Of a DNA stretch of 64,000 nt, positions 9,730-19,785 are shown in pieces (the first letter of the stretch is position 1; every line of letters starts with the position of its first letter). Below the pieces are notes generated by a model. That model was not told the DNA's origin and made no database searches. It saw only the letters and a list, made by a program, of their open reading frames with translations. The stretch is from the NCBI GenBank assembly GCA_021811585.1, contig JAJZOG010000007.1:57459-121458 (forward strand), in the 5' to 3' direction. Position numbers and translations under genes: made by a program. The DNA comes from a bacterium (GTDB lineage Bacteria > Patescibacteriota > Doudnabacteria > UBA920 > VMFF01).

Positions 9730-12552
9730 TTGATTTTTGAAACAAAAAAACATAAAAAAATAAATTGGAAAGCCCTGCGAACGGTTGCATTGGCAACCGA
9801 GGTTTTTGTTCTGATTTTTGGTATGTTATTGGGCGGATTTGCCGGGCAATTGAAAGCCAAACCTGTCTTTGCGGACAATTCCAGCAGTTCCAGCGATTGC
9901 ACTGTTGCTAAAAATGGCGATTGGCTGGAGCCCACCCCTGTTTCAGCTAATATTATCACAGGAGGGCGTACCCTTACATACAATGAAAAAATGAACGCTG
10001 TTACAGCGGATGAAAATAAAGGGTATGGATCTGCTGATCCAGCTGGTAATGGAGTAGATATTCATTTTAAAGAAACCGTTTATCCTCCCGGGAATTCCGG
10101 TGATACGCACGGTGTCGGTTATGCAGACAATTCGAAATTGACGGCATATATACAGATATTATTGATAGATCCGAACGGTAAAAAAACAGACATAACGAAA
10201 AATGCTTTCGATCATGGCGCACAATATTTTCAATATGTTGACACTGGCGGAATATTCAGCAGCCCCAGTTATGAGCCAATTAGTAATCCTGGACCTGATT
10301 CGAACGGGCACTATGTATTCGATTATGTATATAATACCGATACTATAATTTCCGTCCCATTTAAATTTGTTTATTTTGGAATTACATCTGCTCCTGCACA
10401 AAATCAAAATTATCAATTGGAGGTTGATTTTGTAGCCACAAAATTTCAACTAACCCAAACTTTTTCGCCAGGAGAATATGGTTCTACAAATATTTCTTGT
10501 GAACAAGATTTTTCTCCGCCGATACAAATTAAAAATATCGGCGCGGCAGCATTAACTCTTTCAACTGCGGCTGTTCCAAATCAAGGCGGGAGTGGCGGAT
10601 CGTCGCAAGCGCTTCAAAGCACAGCAAATCCGAATGATTCGAATTTCAGCGCACTTGGGACTTTTTTGTCCGATGTTTTTGATTTTATTTTTGGGATTTT
10701 GATCAATATCTTGGTCAAAGTTTTCGGCGTCCTCGCAAATATTATTGCCGCTGTCCTTGCAATATATCCGCACCAGGCGGATTTTGCCGGAGTAATTTTC
10801 GCAAGCTGGGTGGCAGTAAGAAACATCAGCAATATTTTCTTTATGCTCGCTTTGTTGATGCTCGGCTTGGGCACAATGTTCCGTTCGGATAAATTCGGAA
10901 GCAAGGGGCTGCTTGGGACCATTATAGTAATGGCGCTACTTACGAATTTCAGCTTGGTTATTGGCAGGGCAATTTTAGGGGTTGCCGATACTTTGCAGGC
11001 GCAATTTTTGCCCGCAAACTCTCATGTTATTGAACGGCTTGGTGCTGCATTAATGCAGGGCGGATATTTAAATGCAACCTACAATTATACGGTTAGCTCT
11101 ATTGCAGGGTCAATGGCCAGCGTTATAAATAATTTTTTGTATTTGTTTATGGCCTTGTTCAGCTTCATGGCCTTTGTTGCCATTGCCGTATTGCTTGTGG
11201 TCCGCCTTGTGGCGCTCTGGCTTTTGCTTTTAACTTCACCCATCGCCTATGCAGGCAGAGTTCTCACATATACGAAAAATTATGCCTCAATGTGGTGGAA
11301 GAAATTTTTGCAATATGCCTTTTTCACGCCTATTTTAGGATTTGGCTTGCATCTCTGCGCGCTGTTTGCCGATAACCAAGGCACTTATTTGAATAATTCG
11401 CTGACAAACCAGTTGGCGCAAAACCAAGTTGTTAAAATTGGAGATTTCGGGCAGTTCCTATTTAATATTTTGAGCGGCGTCACCATTCTTGCCTGTTTGT
11501 TTATGGTTATGAAAGTTGCAAATACATTCGGAATCGCCGGCGCGAACGCGATAACAAAGCATACCACGGACAAGGTCACGGATTTGGCGCGCAAAACAGG
11601 AACAGGCGCGCGCAAAATGGCTGGCAAGCCGCTCGGAATTGCAAAACTTCAGGGAAAAAACTTTTTGGCCAGGGGCAGGGATAAATGGCAAGGAAAGCTG
11701 CTTAGGGATAAAGAGGGAAATATGCGTACCGGTGCGGCTGGTATTGCGGGCAGGGCTGTCCATCGAATTTTTAATCCGAATGCTTATTTGGAATCGGTTG
11801 AAAGAGATTTGAAAAACGAAAGAGAGGGTTTGCAAAAAGTTTCCAAGGCGCGCATTGAGGCCGGCAGGACTTTCGGGCAAACCAGCTTGGGGCGCTTTAA
11901 GCAGACCGCCGGCATTGATAATCGCGCGGACTTAAGAGAAAAGGAATCGCAGAGAGACGAGGTTGTAAAGACAATGATGACCATGAGACCCGAAAAAGTT
12001 GGCGAATATCTAAGGGCGCTCGGCAAGAATGGCAAGCTTTCGGCATCAGAGGATATGCTTAAAGAAATCATACCGGCAATGATTAAATCCGGGCAAGACG
12101 AAAAGGTTTGGCGCGATATTATAAATAAAGGCGAAACAGATCCTGCTAAGATGGTTATAAAGCCAAACGAGACGTTGACGCCGACAATGATTAATAACGG
12201 TCTTCAGGAATTGGCTGGTGATGATAAAGGGGCACTTGAAATCATTAAGAAGAGTTGTTCGGACATTGGCAAAAAAGAGGTAAATCTTATGGCAATTATC
12301 ATGGGCATTACGGATAAGGCAGAGGCCGATGCGGAATTGGCGAAATACGTAATGAGCATGGATAGCGATAAATTGAAGGAACTAAGAGACAAGAGAGTCA
12401 AGGGCATTGTTACTGAGGGCGGTTTTGACAATACGTTTGCGGCTGCCAAACAGCGGGCTGACGATATGAGCGCTTCTGACCAGAATAAATTGGATGAGCA
12501 TGGCCGCAAGTTTTTCGGCTTGCCGCCAAAAAAGAAAAAAGGACAGCCATAA
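9730..12552 (+). CDS. Large VirB6/TrbL-like polytopic membrane protein with extracellular N-terminal and charged C-terminal extensions
   Basis: Multiple TM segments in the central third with VirB6-like patterns (W..VRNISNIFF, LLTNFSLVI, RLVALWLLLLTSPIAY, WWKKFLQYAFF). Lies upstream of prgI and the virB4-like gene. TTG start is uncertain. Confidence 0.7.
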   Translation: MIFETKKHKKINWKALRTVALATEVFVLIFGMLLGGFAGQLKAKPVFADNSSSSSDCTVAKNGDWLEPTPVSANIITGGRTLTYNEKMNAVTADENKGYGSADPAGNGVDIHFKETVYPPGNSGDTHGVGYADNSKLTAYIQILLIDPNGKKTDITKNAFDHGAQYFQYVDTGGIFSSPSYEPISNPGPDSNGHYVFDYVYNTDTIISVPFKFVYFGITSAPAQNQNYQLEVDFVATKFQLTQTFSPGEYGSTNISCEQDFSPPIQIKNIGAAALTLSTAAVPNQGGSGGSSQALQSTANPNDSNFSALGTFLSDVFDFIFGILINILVKVFGVLANIIAAVLAIYPHQADFAGVIFASWVAVRNISNIFFMLALLMLGLGTMFRSDKFGSKGLLGTIIVMALLTNFSLVIGRAILGVADTLQAQFLPANSHVIERLGAALMQGGYLNATYNYTVSSIAGSMASVINNFLYLFMALFSFMAFVAIAVLLVVRLVALWLLLLTSPIAYAGRVLTYTKNYASMWWKKFLQYAFFTPILGFGLHLCALFADNQGTYLNNSLTNQLAQNQVVKIGDFGQFLFNILSGVTILACLFMVMKVANTFGIAGANAITKHTTDKVTDLARKTGTGARKMAGKPLGIAKLQGKNFLARGRDKWQGKLLRDKEGNMRTGAAGIAGRAVHRIFNPNAYLESVERDLKNEREGLQKVSKARIEAGRTFGQTSLGRFKQTAGIDNRADLREKESQRDEVVKTMMTMRPEKVGEYLRALGKNGKLSASEDMLKEIIPAMIKSGQDEKVWRDIINKGETDPAKMVIKPNETLTPTMINNGLQELAGDDKGALEIIKKSCSDIGKKEVNLMAIIMGITDKAEADAELAKYVMSMDSDKLKELRDKRVKGIVTEGGFDNTFAAAKQRADDMSASDQNKLDEHGRKFFGLPPKKKKGQP

Positions 12553-12555
12553 AAT

Positions 12556-13395
12556 ATGGATACCATAGAGCTTAAACAAATAATAAAAGACCCGGTTTCT
12601 CCCGCTGATTTTCAAACAATTCAGGATGAGGCGAGGGATTGCCTTGAATTCGGGACAATCCAGGACAAAATGGATTTTGCGGATTATATTTCCGAGATTC
12701 TTTCCGCGAACGGAAGCGCGCTGGACAAAGCCAATGCCGAAATGCTGGACCAGTATGAAACGCTTTGGGCGCTTTTGGCATTCGGCGCGTTTGTTGCTTA
12801 TCATTCCGCGGACCAGGACAACCTTATCCGCACCCGCCTGCTGTTTGCGGTGCAAAGGGGTTTTGAAACAGATGATATTATCCGCCAATATTATTATTTT
12901 TTTAACAGCGACGATTTCATCAGCTACAACTTGAAGCTTTTTGTGAAGAGTATTGAACAGAACACCGAGACACTTGGCGATTTTCCGATTTCCATCGACG
13001 GCAAGCGCATGCTGCCGCAGATAAAATATTGGGTTTTGGATTATTCCAAATATCCTTCGCTTGTTGCCAGGCGCGGCGGCGTTGAGCGGCTGAATTATAT
13101 AAACCACAGCGGCAATATTGTCCAGCTGACGCAGGTGCAGAGGCAAAATCTTTTGGAGATTTTGAAATTTTATGATGATTTGCAGAATCCTTCGCGCCCG
13201 TTTTTGAAAAACGAGAAAGCAGATGTACAAGAGGCGATTTCTGTTCCGGTTGATGTTCCGGCTGCTCCGCTGCCAAAAGTGCCACAGCCGGCGCCGCAGG
13301 CAGCTGTGCAACAAAATTTTTCCCAGCCGTTCGCAAACATACAAATAGACATTCAAGGCAAATTGGATGATTTAAGGAAAAGGACTCAAGAATAA
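12556..13395 (+). CDS. Hypothetical cytoplasmic protein (T4SS-like locus)
   Basis: 279-aa ORF tightly coupled to its neighbours; Pro-rich C-terminal linker. Confidence 0.7.
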   Translation: MDTIELKQIIKDPVSPADFQTIQDEARDCLEFGTIQDKMDFADYISEILSANGSALDKANAEMLDQYETLWALLAFGAFVAYHSADQDNLIRTRLLFAVQRGFETDDIIRQYYYFFNSDDFISYNLKLFVKSIEQNTETLGDFPISIDGKRMLPQIKYWVLDYSKYPSLVARRGGVERLNYINHSGNIVQLTQVQRQNLLEILKFYDDLQNPSRPFLKNEKADVQEAISVPVDVPAAPLPKVPQPAPQAAVQQNFSQPFANIQIDIQGKLDDLRKRTQE

Positions 13396-14255
13396 TGCAT
13401 GATGAAGATTTGAAAAATGCGCGCATACTAATTGAGCAAAGCAGGATTTTGTCATCCATAGAGAAGACAGAATGGCTTCAGTTATTGCCTTTGATGAATG
13501 ATCAGCAAATAAACGAGCTAATAAGGATTTTGCAGGAGCAGGTGCAAAGGCAACCCGCGGCAACACATTCAAAAGCCGCATTCTCCTCAACCACGGCATC
13601 CGCGGCGTTTAAATTGCCGGACATTGCGGAATTGGAATTGCCTCCGCCGCCCAAGCCATTAATACCGAAGGCACCGCCTGCAATGCCAAAGCCGTTTGCA
13701 CAGCAGATACAACCGCGCGAACAAGCGGCAAATGCGGAAGATGTTGCTAAAATTCTTGAACATTTTAAAACCGCGCCCGCGCTTTCGCCGCGCGCCGCTC
13801 AAGGCGCGGTTCAACAACATATGCGGCAACCCGTATCGCCGGTTCAGCCGCAAAAAGCCGCATCGCATGCATCGGGATTAAAACCCGCTGCTCCGCCGCG
13901 GCCAATGGCCGGCCAGGAATTGGTTTTGCACTCCGCGGAAGATCTAAAAAAAATTACTCCCGCCGCTCTTCATGGCAAAGACCCTTATTCGGTTTTCCAG
14001 AAAATTTTGGATTTCCTTGCAGAGCAATCAAAAACCGCCAGTGTTGTTTCCATGATCTCTTATTTAGAGCAAAGCCCAATACAGCAAATATATGTGCAAA
14101 CAGGAGCGATTTTATTGAATAGCAGCAATGCGGATGGCAGCGAAGCGGCTTTCCAAAAAATTGTGGATTCCGCCAAAGCCAGTGGTGCGCAATACATGAC
14201 CAAAGAAGAATTCGAGGCCTACGCCGATTTTAGGAAAGAGCTCGAAAAGCTGTGA
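13395..14255 (+). CDS. Hypothetical protein with central Pro/Ala/Gln-rich linker (T4SS-like locus)
   Basis: TAATG overlap with the upstream gene; two helical domains joined by a low-complexity linker. Confidence 0.7.
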   Translation: MHDEDLKNARILIEQSRILSSIEKTEWLQLLPLMNDQQINELIRILQEQVQRQPAATHSKAAFSSTTASAAFKLPDIAELELPPPPKPLIPKAPPAMPKPFAQQIQPREQAANAEDVAKILEHFKTAPALSPRAAQGAVQQHMRQPVSPVQPQKAASHASGLKPAAPPRPMAGQELVLHSAEDLKKITPAALHGKDPYSVFQKILDFLAEQSKTASVVSMISYLEQSPIQQIYVQTGAILLNSSNADGSEAAFQKIVDSAKASGAQYMTKEEFEAYADFRKELEKL

Positions 14256-14267
14256 TATAATGAATTT

Positions 14268-14705
14268 ATGCAAGTACCAGTACCACAATTTATTGATGTC
14301 GAAGACAAAATTTTCGGCCCGTTTACTTTAAGGCAATTTGCTTTTATCTTTATTGGCGGTCTGCTTATTGCCGCGCTTTTCCGCATTTTCCACCTCTCTT
14401 TCGTTTTTTTCATTTTGGCGCTGCCAATTGCCGTAATTTTTGCTGGCATTGCTTTCGGAAATTTTAACGGCAGGCATATTTACAACACCATCCCAATTTT
14501 TATTTCGTTTTTCACATCGCCGAAAGTTTTTGTTTTTCATCGCGAAAGAATTCAGGATGAAGTCAGCATCTCAAGGCCAGTGGCAAAAACTCGGGATGCC
14601 GCAGCGCCTGTTTCCACTGAATCCCCGCGCTCACGCCTAAAGCAGTTGTCGCTTTTATTAGATCAGAAAAACCAGGAAGAGATTGAAAACTTAAAAAATC
14701 TTTAA
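14268..14705 (+). CDS. prgI: PrgI family (VirB3-like) protein
   Basis: VPQFIDVEDKIFGPFTLRQF signature plus two TM helices. Confidence 0.88.
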   Translation: MQVPVPQFIDVEDKIFGPFTLRQFAFIFIGGLLIAALFRIFHLSFVFFILALPIAVIFAGIAFGNFNGRHIYNTIPIFISFFTSPKVFVFHRERIQDEVSISRPVAKTRDAAAPVSTESPRSRLKQLSLLLDQKNQEEIENLKNL

Positions 14706-14711
14706 TTCCAT

Positions 14712-15401
14712 ATGGCAAAAGTCACTGCCCCGACAACACAATCATTTTTGAAAATTGCGGAAATCAAATCCGATACTTTAATATTGAACGACGGCACTTA
14801 TTGCGCTGTTATCGTGATTTCCAGCACCAATTTCGATTTAAAAAGCCCGGAAGAGCAAAACGCGCTTATCGCAGGATACCAAAACTTTTTGAATTCTCTG
14901 GATTTTAACATTCAGATTCTGATGCAATCGCGGAAAATGGATATCCATTCCTATTTGCAGAACATGAAAAATTTAATGGAACAGCAGACCAGCGAGCTTT
15001 TGCGCGTGCAAACAGCAGAGTATATAGAATTCATAGCAAAGCTTATTGAGAATTCCAGCATTATGAGCAAGAATTTTTATGTCATTGTGCCGTATCGTTC
15101 CGGCCTGGGAGGAGGATCTTCCGGAAAAGAAAAGAAAAAAGGATTTTTTGCCGGATTATTCGGCGGCGGAAGCGGCAATGCCGGGCAGGAGCTGCAAAAA
15201 AAACTGCAAAAATTCGACACTGACCGTGAAAAATTGGATGAGCGCGCTAATGCTGTTATAGGCGGCCTTTCGGCCTTGGGGCTTAAGGCCATTGCGTTAA
15301 ATACCGAGGAGCTCACGGAACTTATCTACAATTCTTACAATTTGGATGCCGCGCCTTTAATTGATTCTTCAAAATTAAGCGAAGTGCAAATTAAGGAATA
15401 G
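14712..15401 (+). CDS. VirB4 N-terminal-like protein (TraC/TrsE N-domain-like)
   Basis: NFDLKSPEEQNALIAGYQNFLNSLDF pattern; located between prgI and the VirB4 ATPase. Confidence 0.7.
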   Translation: MAKVTAPTTQSFLKIAEIKSDTLILNDGTYCAVIVISSTNFDLKSPEEQNALIAGYQNFLNSLDFNIQILMQSRKMDIHSYLQNMKNLMEQQTSELLRVQTAEYIEFIAKLIENSSIMSKNFYVIVPYRSGLGGGSSGKEKKKGFFAGLFGGGSGNAGQELQKKLQKFDTDREKLDERANAVIGGLSALGLKAIALNTEELTELIYNSYNLDAAPLIDSSKLSEVQIKE

Positions 15402-15403
15402 CC

Positions 15404-17257
15404 ATGCCCATTATTGTCCCGCCAACCAGGGAAGAAATAGAAAAGAAAAAACAGGTGCTTGCGCAAGCCGAGGAAGAGCGGAAAACCACCAAAAATATTG
15501 CCGCAACCGAAAAGGAATACCGCGAAGGCCTCACCAAGCTTAAAGACATACTTGCGCCTGCCGCGCTGTCTTTCGGCAACGCTAATTTTGAGCTCAATGG
15601 AAAATTCGGGCGCAGCTTTTTCGTGCTCGCATACCCCCGCTATCTTTCATCCGACTGGCTTTCGCAGATAATAAATTTGGATACGCCCATGGACATGTCC
15701 ATGTTTATTTATCCCGTTGATTCTGCCGATATCATGAAAAAGCTCAAGGCAAAAGTCGGGCAAATAGGTTCGCAAATGGATATCCAGGCGGAAAAGGGGA
15801 ATGTGCGCGACCCGCTTTTGGAAACCGCTTACAAAGACGTGGAATTTTTACGCGACGAACTTCAACAGGGCACTGAAAAATTTTTCCGTTTCGCCTTATA
15901 TTTTACGATTTATGCCGAAAATCTGGAAGAATTGGACCAATATTCCAGCATTTTTGAAAGCACGCTGGCAGCCAAGCTTGTTATTACCAAGCGCGCGATT
16001 TTACAAACCAGCCAGGGCCTTAATTCCACTTTGCCGGTTTACGCGGATGAGCTGGATGTTGCCACGAACATGAACACTTCGCCGCTGGCAACAACTTTTC
16101 CGTTTGTCTCGGCGGATTTAAGCTCCAACGAAGGAATTCTGTACGGCATAAACCGGCACAACAACAGTTTGATTATTTTTGACCGTTTTAACATGGAAAA
16201 TGCGAACAGCGTGGTCTTCGCCAAATCCGGTGCCGGAAAATCCTATGCCGTGAAATTGGAAGTCCTGCGCAGCATGATGGTTGGCGTGGATGTGATTATT
16301 ATTGATCCTGAAAACGAATACAAACACCTTTCAGATGCTGTCGGCGGCACTTATATTAACATTTCCTTAAATTCGGATTCGCGCATCAACCCTTTTGATT
16401 TGCCGATGCCTTTGGAAGGCGAGGATAATGCCGATATTCTGCGCAGCGCGATTATCAATTTGATCGGCTTGCTTTCCCTGATGATAGGTAAAATGACGCC
16501 GGAAGAAGAATCCATTATGGATAAGGCGCTTTGGCAGACCTATGCAAAAAAAGATATTAGCGAAACCAGCGATTTCCGAAATATCAGCGCTCCGACAATG
16601 AGCGATTTGGTGGAAATACTTTCCGGCATGGTTGGCGGCGAAGGCCTGGCCCAGCGCCTGACAAAATACACGGAGGGCACATTCGCCGGCGTCTTTAATC
16701 AACCCACTAATATTGTTTTGAACAACCAGCTTGTGGTTTTTTCCATTCGCGACCTTGAAGACGAACTGCGCCCCATTGCCATGTATGTGATACTCGGGCA
16801 CATTTGGAACGTGGTGCGCTCCCAGCTTAAAAAAAGAATTTTGGTTTTGGACGAGGCCTGGATTATGATGCAGTTTGAGGACTCCGCGCGCTTTGTTTTC
16901 GGCATTGCCAAGCGCGCGCGAAAATATTATTTGGGGCTCACCACAATTACGCAGGATGTCGCGGATTTTATGGCCAGCTCCTACGGCAAGCCGATTGTCA
17001 CTAATTCTTCAATCCAATTGCTGCTTAAGCAGTCGCCGGCTGCCATTGACGTGCTTGCCAAAACATTCTTTTTAACCGAAGGAGAAAGGTATTTGCTTTT
17101 AGAAAGCGAAGTTGGGGAAGGAATTTTTTTTGCCGGCCTTAAGCACGCTGCCATAAAAATTTATGCTTCTTATGTCGAGGACCAGATTATCACAACAGAT
17201 CCGCGCCAATTGTTGGAGATCCAGCAGGCAAAAGATGAAATAGACGGGAAAGGATAA
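15404..17257 (+). CDS. virB4: VirB4/TraC-like T4SS ATPase
   Basis: Walker A AKSGAGKS, IIIDPENEY, INPFD, Walker B ILVLDEAW, KRARKY, TITQD. Confidence 0.9.
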   Translation: MPIIVPPTREEIEKKKQVLAQAEEERKTTKNIAATEKEYREGLTKLKDILAPAALSFGNANFELNGKFGRSFFVLAYPRYLSSDWLSQIINLDTPMDMSMFIYPVDSADIMKKLKAKVGQIGSQMDIQAEKGNVRDPLLETAYKDVEFLRDELQQGTEKFFRFALYFTIYAENLEELDQYSSIFESTLAAKLVITKRAILQTSQGLNSTLPVYADELDVATNMNTSPLATTFPFVSADLSSNEGILYGINRHNNSLIIFDRFNMENANSVVFAKSGAGKSYAVKLEVLRSMMVGVDVIIIDPENEYKHLSDAVGGTYINISLNSDSRINPFDLPMPLEGEDNADILRSAIINLIGLLSLMIGKMTPEEESIMDKALWQTYAKKDISETSDFRNISAPTMSDLVEILSGMVGGEGLAQRLTKYTEGTFAGVFNQPTNIVLNNQLVVFSIRDLEDELRPIAMYVILGHIWNVVRSQLKKRILVLDEAWIMMQFEDSARFVFGIAKRARKYYLGLTTITQDVADFMASSYGKPIVTNSSIQLLLKQSPAAIDVLAKTFFLTEGERYLLLESEVGEGIFFAGLKHAAIKIYASYVEDQIITTDPRQLLEIQQAKDEIDGKG

Positions 17258-17259
17258 CC

Positions 17260-18261
17260 ATGCCTGTTGCCCAAAGCGACGATAAAATTTCGGGTGCAGG
17301 CGCTGGCATTGGCACAGGCAGAGTTTCCGGAGGCGCTTTGGGTGGCGCCAAATTTAAGGGTTTCGGGCCAAAATCGTTGCGGGGTATTATTCGAAATTTG
17401 CCGCGCGGCATAGACGGGGTGATTGCGGCGCCTGATGATGAGAAATCGCCCGGCGAGGAGGAATTGCATGCGGAGCAAGAAACTGATGACAGTGAAAATC
17501 TTGAGTATGAAAATGGCTTGGAAAATGAAAGCTACGGTATGGATGTAGACGAGGATGGGGATGAGGGCGAAGACGAGGAAGATGAAAAAGATGAAAATGA
17601 AGGCCCGAACCTGAAAGACGCTTATGATGCTTATAAAAAATATCAAGAGGAGATTCCGGAAACCGCAGAGAATGTTGAGCAGATAGGCGAGGCAACACAG
17701 ACCGCTGAAGCGGCTGAAGCTGCTGAGGGTGCGGCGACTGCTGCAGAAAGCACTGCCGCTGTTGCCGAAGGCGCTGCCGGAGCCGCAGAGGGCGCTGCCG
17801 GCGCGGCTGGTGCGGTTGCGGCAGAGGGCGGTGCAGTAGTGGCCGGCGCAGGCACCGCGGCTGCCGCAGAGGGCGCTGTTGCCGGTGAGGCGGCTTTGGG
17901 TATTGCAACAGGAGGGGTGGGTATAGTTGTTGAGATATTTGTTGTTATTCTGTTCTTGCCGCTTGTGGTTTTTTTACTCGATTGCTACCTTTTTGCAGGT
18001 TTTTTATTTCCGAATTCGCAGTTTCTGCATCTTTTGCCGACAAAAGGCGTGCTGCCCAAATTGATTATTGCCGTATTAAATATCCTTGCTTTCATTGAAG
18101 TGCTTATTCTGTATATAATTTTTTACGTAATGGTTTGCGGCGGAATTGCGGGAGTGGCTTTCAAGCTTAGTGCTTTTGTTACCGGCCAAAAATCCTTTTG
18201 CAGCGGCGGGCCTTCGGTGCCATGGAGCGTTTGGTGGCAGGGCGTTAAAGCCGCACTTTAA
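17260..18261 (+). CDS. Hypothetical membrane protein with acidic tract and Ala/Gly-rich repeats
   Basis: D/E-rich block, then AAEGAA repeats, then 2-3 TM segments. Confidence 0.7.
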   Translation: MPVAQSDDKISGAGAGIGTGRVSGGALGGAKFKGFGPKSLRGIIRNLPRGIDGVIAAPDDEKSPGEEELHAEQETDDSENLEYENGLENESYGMDVDEDGDEGEDEEDEKDENEGPNLKDAYDAYKKYQEEIPETAENVEQIGEATQTAEAAEAAEGAATAAESTAAVAEGAAGAAEGAAGAAGAVAAEGGAVVAGAGTAAAAEGAVAGEAALGIATGGVGIVVEIFVVILFLPLVVFLLDCYLFAGFLFPNSQFLHLLPTKGVLPKLIIAVLNILAFIEVLILYIIFYVMVCGGIAGVAFKLSAFVTGQKSFCSGGPSVPWSVWWQGVKAAL

Positions 18262-18289
18262 AAATTTAACCAAAATTTAACAAAAATTT

Positions 18290-19663
18290 ATGAACAAAAA
18301 AATATATATGTTGTTGGGAGGAATATTGGTCTTAATTGTCATAACCGTGGTTTTTATCTTTTATTTGAGTTCAAAAAATAAAGCGGCAACCCAAAACCAA
18401 ACCGCGCAACAATCGTCGCAAAATAATGGGGGATCCGGCTCAGATGGCTCTGGGAATGGTTCTGGCTCTGGGAGCGGTTCGGGCTCTGGGAGCGGTTCGG
18501 GCTCTGGGAATGGCTCTGGCTCCGGGAACGGCTCTGGTGGAAATGGCTCCGGTGGGAATGGCTCTGGCTCCGGGAACGGCTCTGGTGGAAATTCGAGCGG
18601 CAATTCCGGAAATTCCGGCCAAAGCAGTGCACCCCAATTTTTAACGGCAATTACCAATGACAAGGCAATTAGCCCTGCTCTTTCTTTTGACGGCCAGGCA
18701 ATTTGGTATTTTACCTCAAACGGCCACCTTTATAAGGAAAATTTAACCACCGGCTTGAAACAGGAAAAGCTTTTACCTTCGCAGTTACCGGTGAGCGCGG
18801 TAATTTGGCCGGCATCCGGAAATGATTTTATTGTGGAGACAGATTCATCTTCAGGGAAAACATTCAATTATTATAAAAGTTCTGACGGCACATTTACGCA
18901 ATATCCCCCGCAAGTTAAAGAGGTTGCCTTTTTGCCTGACGGCGCGCACGTGGCTTACGATTGGTCCGACAATAGCGGCTCCTATTTGAGCATCGCCAAT
19001 TCGGATTTAACCAACCATCAGACAATTGTGAAATTACCGGACAATGACGATGCGCTGCAGGTTTCTCCGACTTCGGCCAATATGATTTTGGCTTACAATG
19101 CCGCAAACGCGCAAAGCGGAAAATTATATTACATCAGGACAGACACAAAAGCCATCACAGCCATAAAAACCGGGGAAAGCAATCGTTCTGAATGGGCGCC
19201 GGACGGCGAGCATTTTTTATATTACAAATTGAATCCGCAAAACTTTTCAGACAAAGAGCTTTGGCTGGGTAATATTCAAAACGGTACGGATCAGCAGCTT
19301 GGGATTGATGCACCGTTTTCAAAGCTGAATTTTTCCGGCGACAGTTCGGATTTGTATTTCGCAACTTCAGGGGCAAACGGGGATTCTATTTGGAAAATGG
19401 ATTTGCAAAGCTTGAATAAGAGCTTGCTTTACGCTTCTTCTCCCACGCCGATTAGCGCCAGGAATTTGTTTTTGTCGGCAGATTCCGGCACTTTGTATTT
19501 TATAAATTCAGATGGATTAGTTTATGCTTTGAATTTGTCGGCCGCGCAAAACGCCTCGGGCGGCGGGAGCGCGAACAGCAGCGGCGGTATCGGCGGAAAC
19601 ACAAACAGCAGCGGCGGAACCAGTGGGAATGGGAACAGCACCGGCGGCAGCGGCGGACAATAA
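18290..19663 (+). CDS. Membrane-anchored beta-propeller (TolB-like) protein on a Gly/Ser/Asn stalk
   Basis: N-terminal TM, GSGSGNGSG linker, blade motifs (LSFDG, FLPDG, VSP, WAPDG, FSGD), Gly-rich tail. Confidence 0.7.
   Translation: MNKKIYMLLGGILVLIVITVVFIFYLSSKNKAATQNQTAQQSSQNNGGSGSDGSGNGSGSGSGSGSGSGSGSGNGSGSGNGSGGNGSGGNGSGSGNGSGGNSSGNSGNSGQSSAPQFLTAITNDKAISPALSFDGQAIWYFTSNGHLYKENLTTGLKQEKLLPSQLPVSAVIWPASGNDFIVETDSSSGKTFNYYKSSDGTFTQYPPQVKEVAFLPDGAHVAYDWSDNSGSYLSIANSDLTNHQTIVKLPDNDDALQVSPTSANMILAYNAANAQSGKLYYIRTDTKAITAIKTGESNRSEWAPDGEHFLYYKLNPQNFSDKELWLGNIQNGTDQQLGIDAPFSKLNFSGDSSDLYFATSGANGDSIWKMDLQSLNKSLLYASSPTPISARNLFLSADSGTLYFINSDGLVYALNLSAAQNASGGGSANSSGGIGGNTNSSGGTSGNGNSTGGSGGQ
18425..18620 (+). 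repeat. Coding Gly-Ser-Asn tandem repeats (GGCTCT-based units)
   Basis: Repeated ggctctgg/gggagcggttcgggctct units. Confidence 0.85.
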
Positions 19664-19785
19664 GCGCCGCTGAATTGGTTTTTGCGCCTAAGCCGGCGAC
19701 CGCGCACTGTGCCGAGATGTACTGCGCCAAGATATCGAGAATACCGCGCGCCGCGCCTCCAGTTTATTTTTAATTTTTCAATTTT

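Noticed and set aside
6457-19663. Integrative conjugative element
   Set aside because: No integrase, relaxase, coupling protein or flanking att duplication visible.
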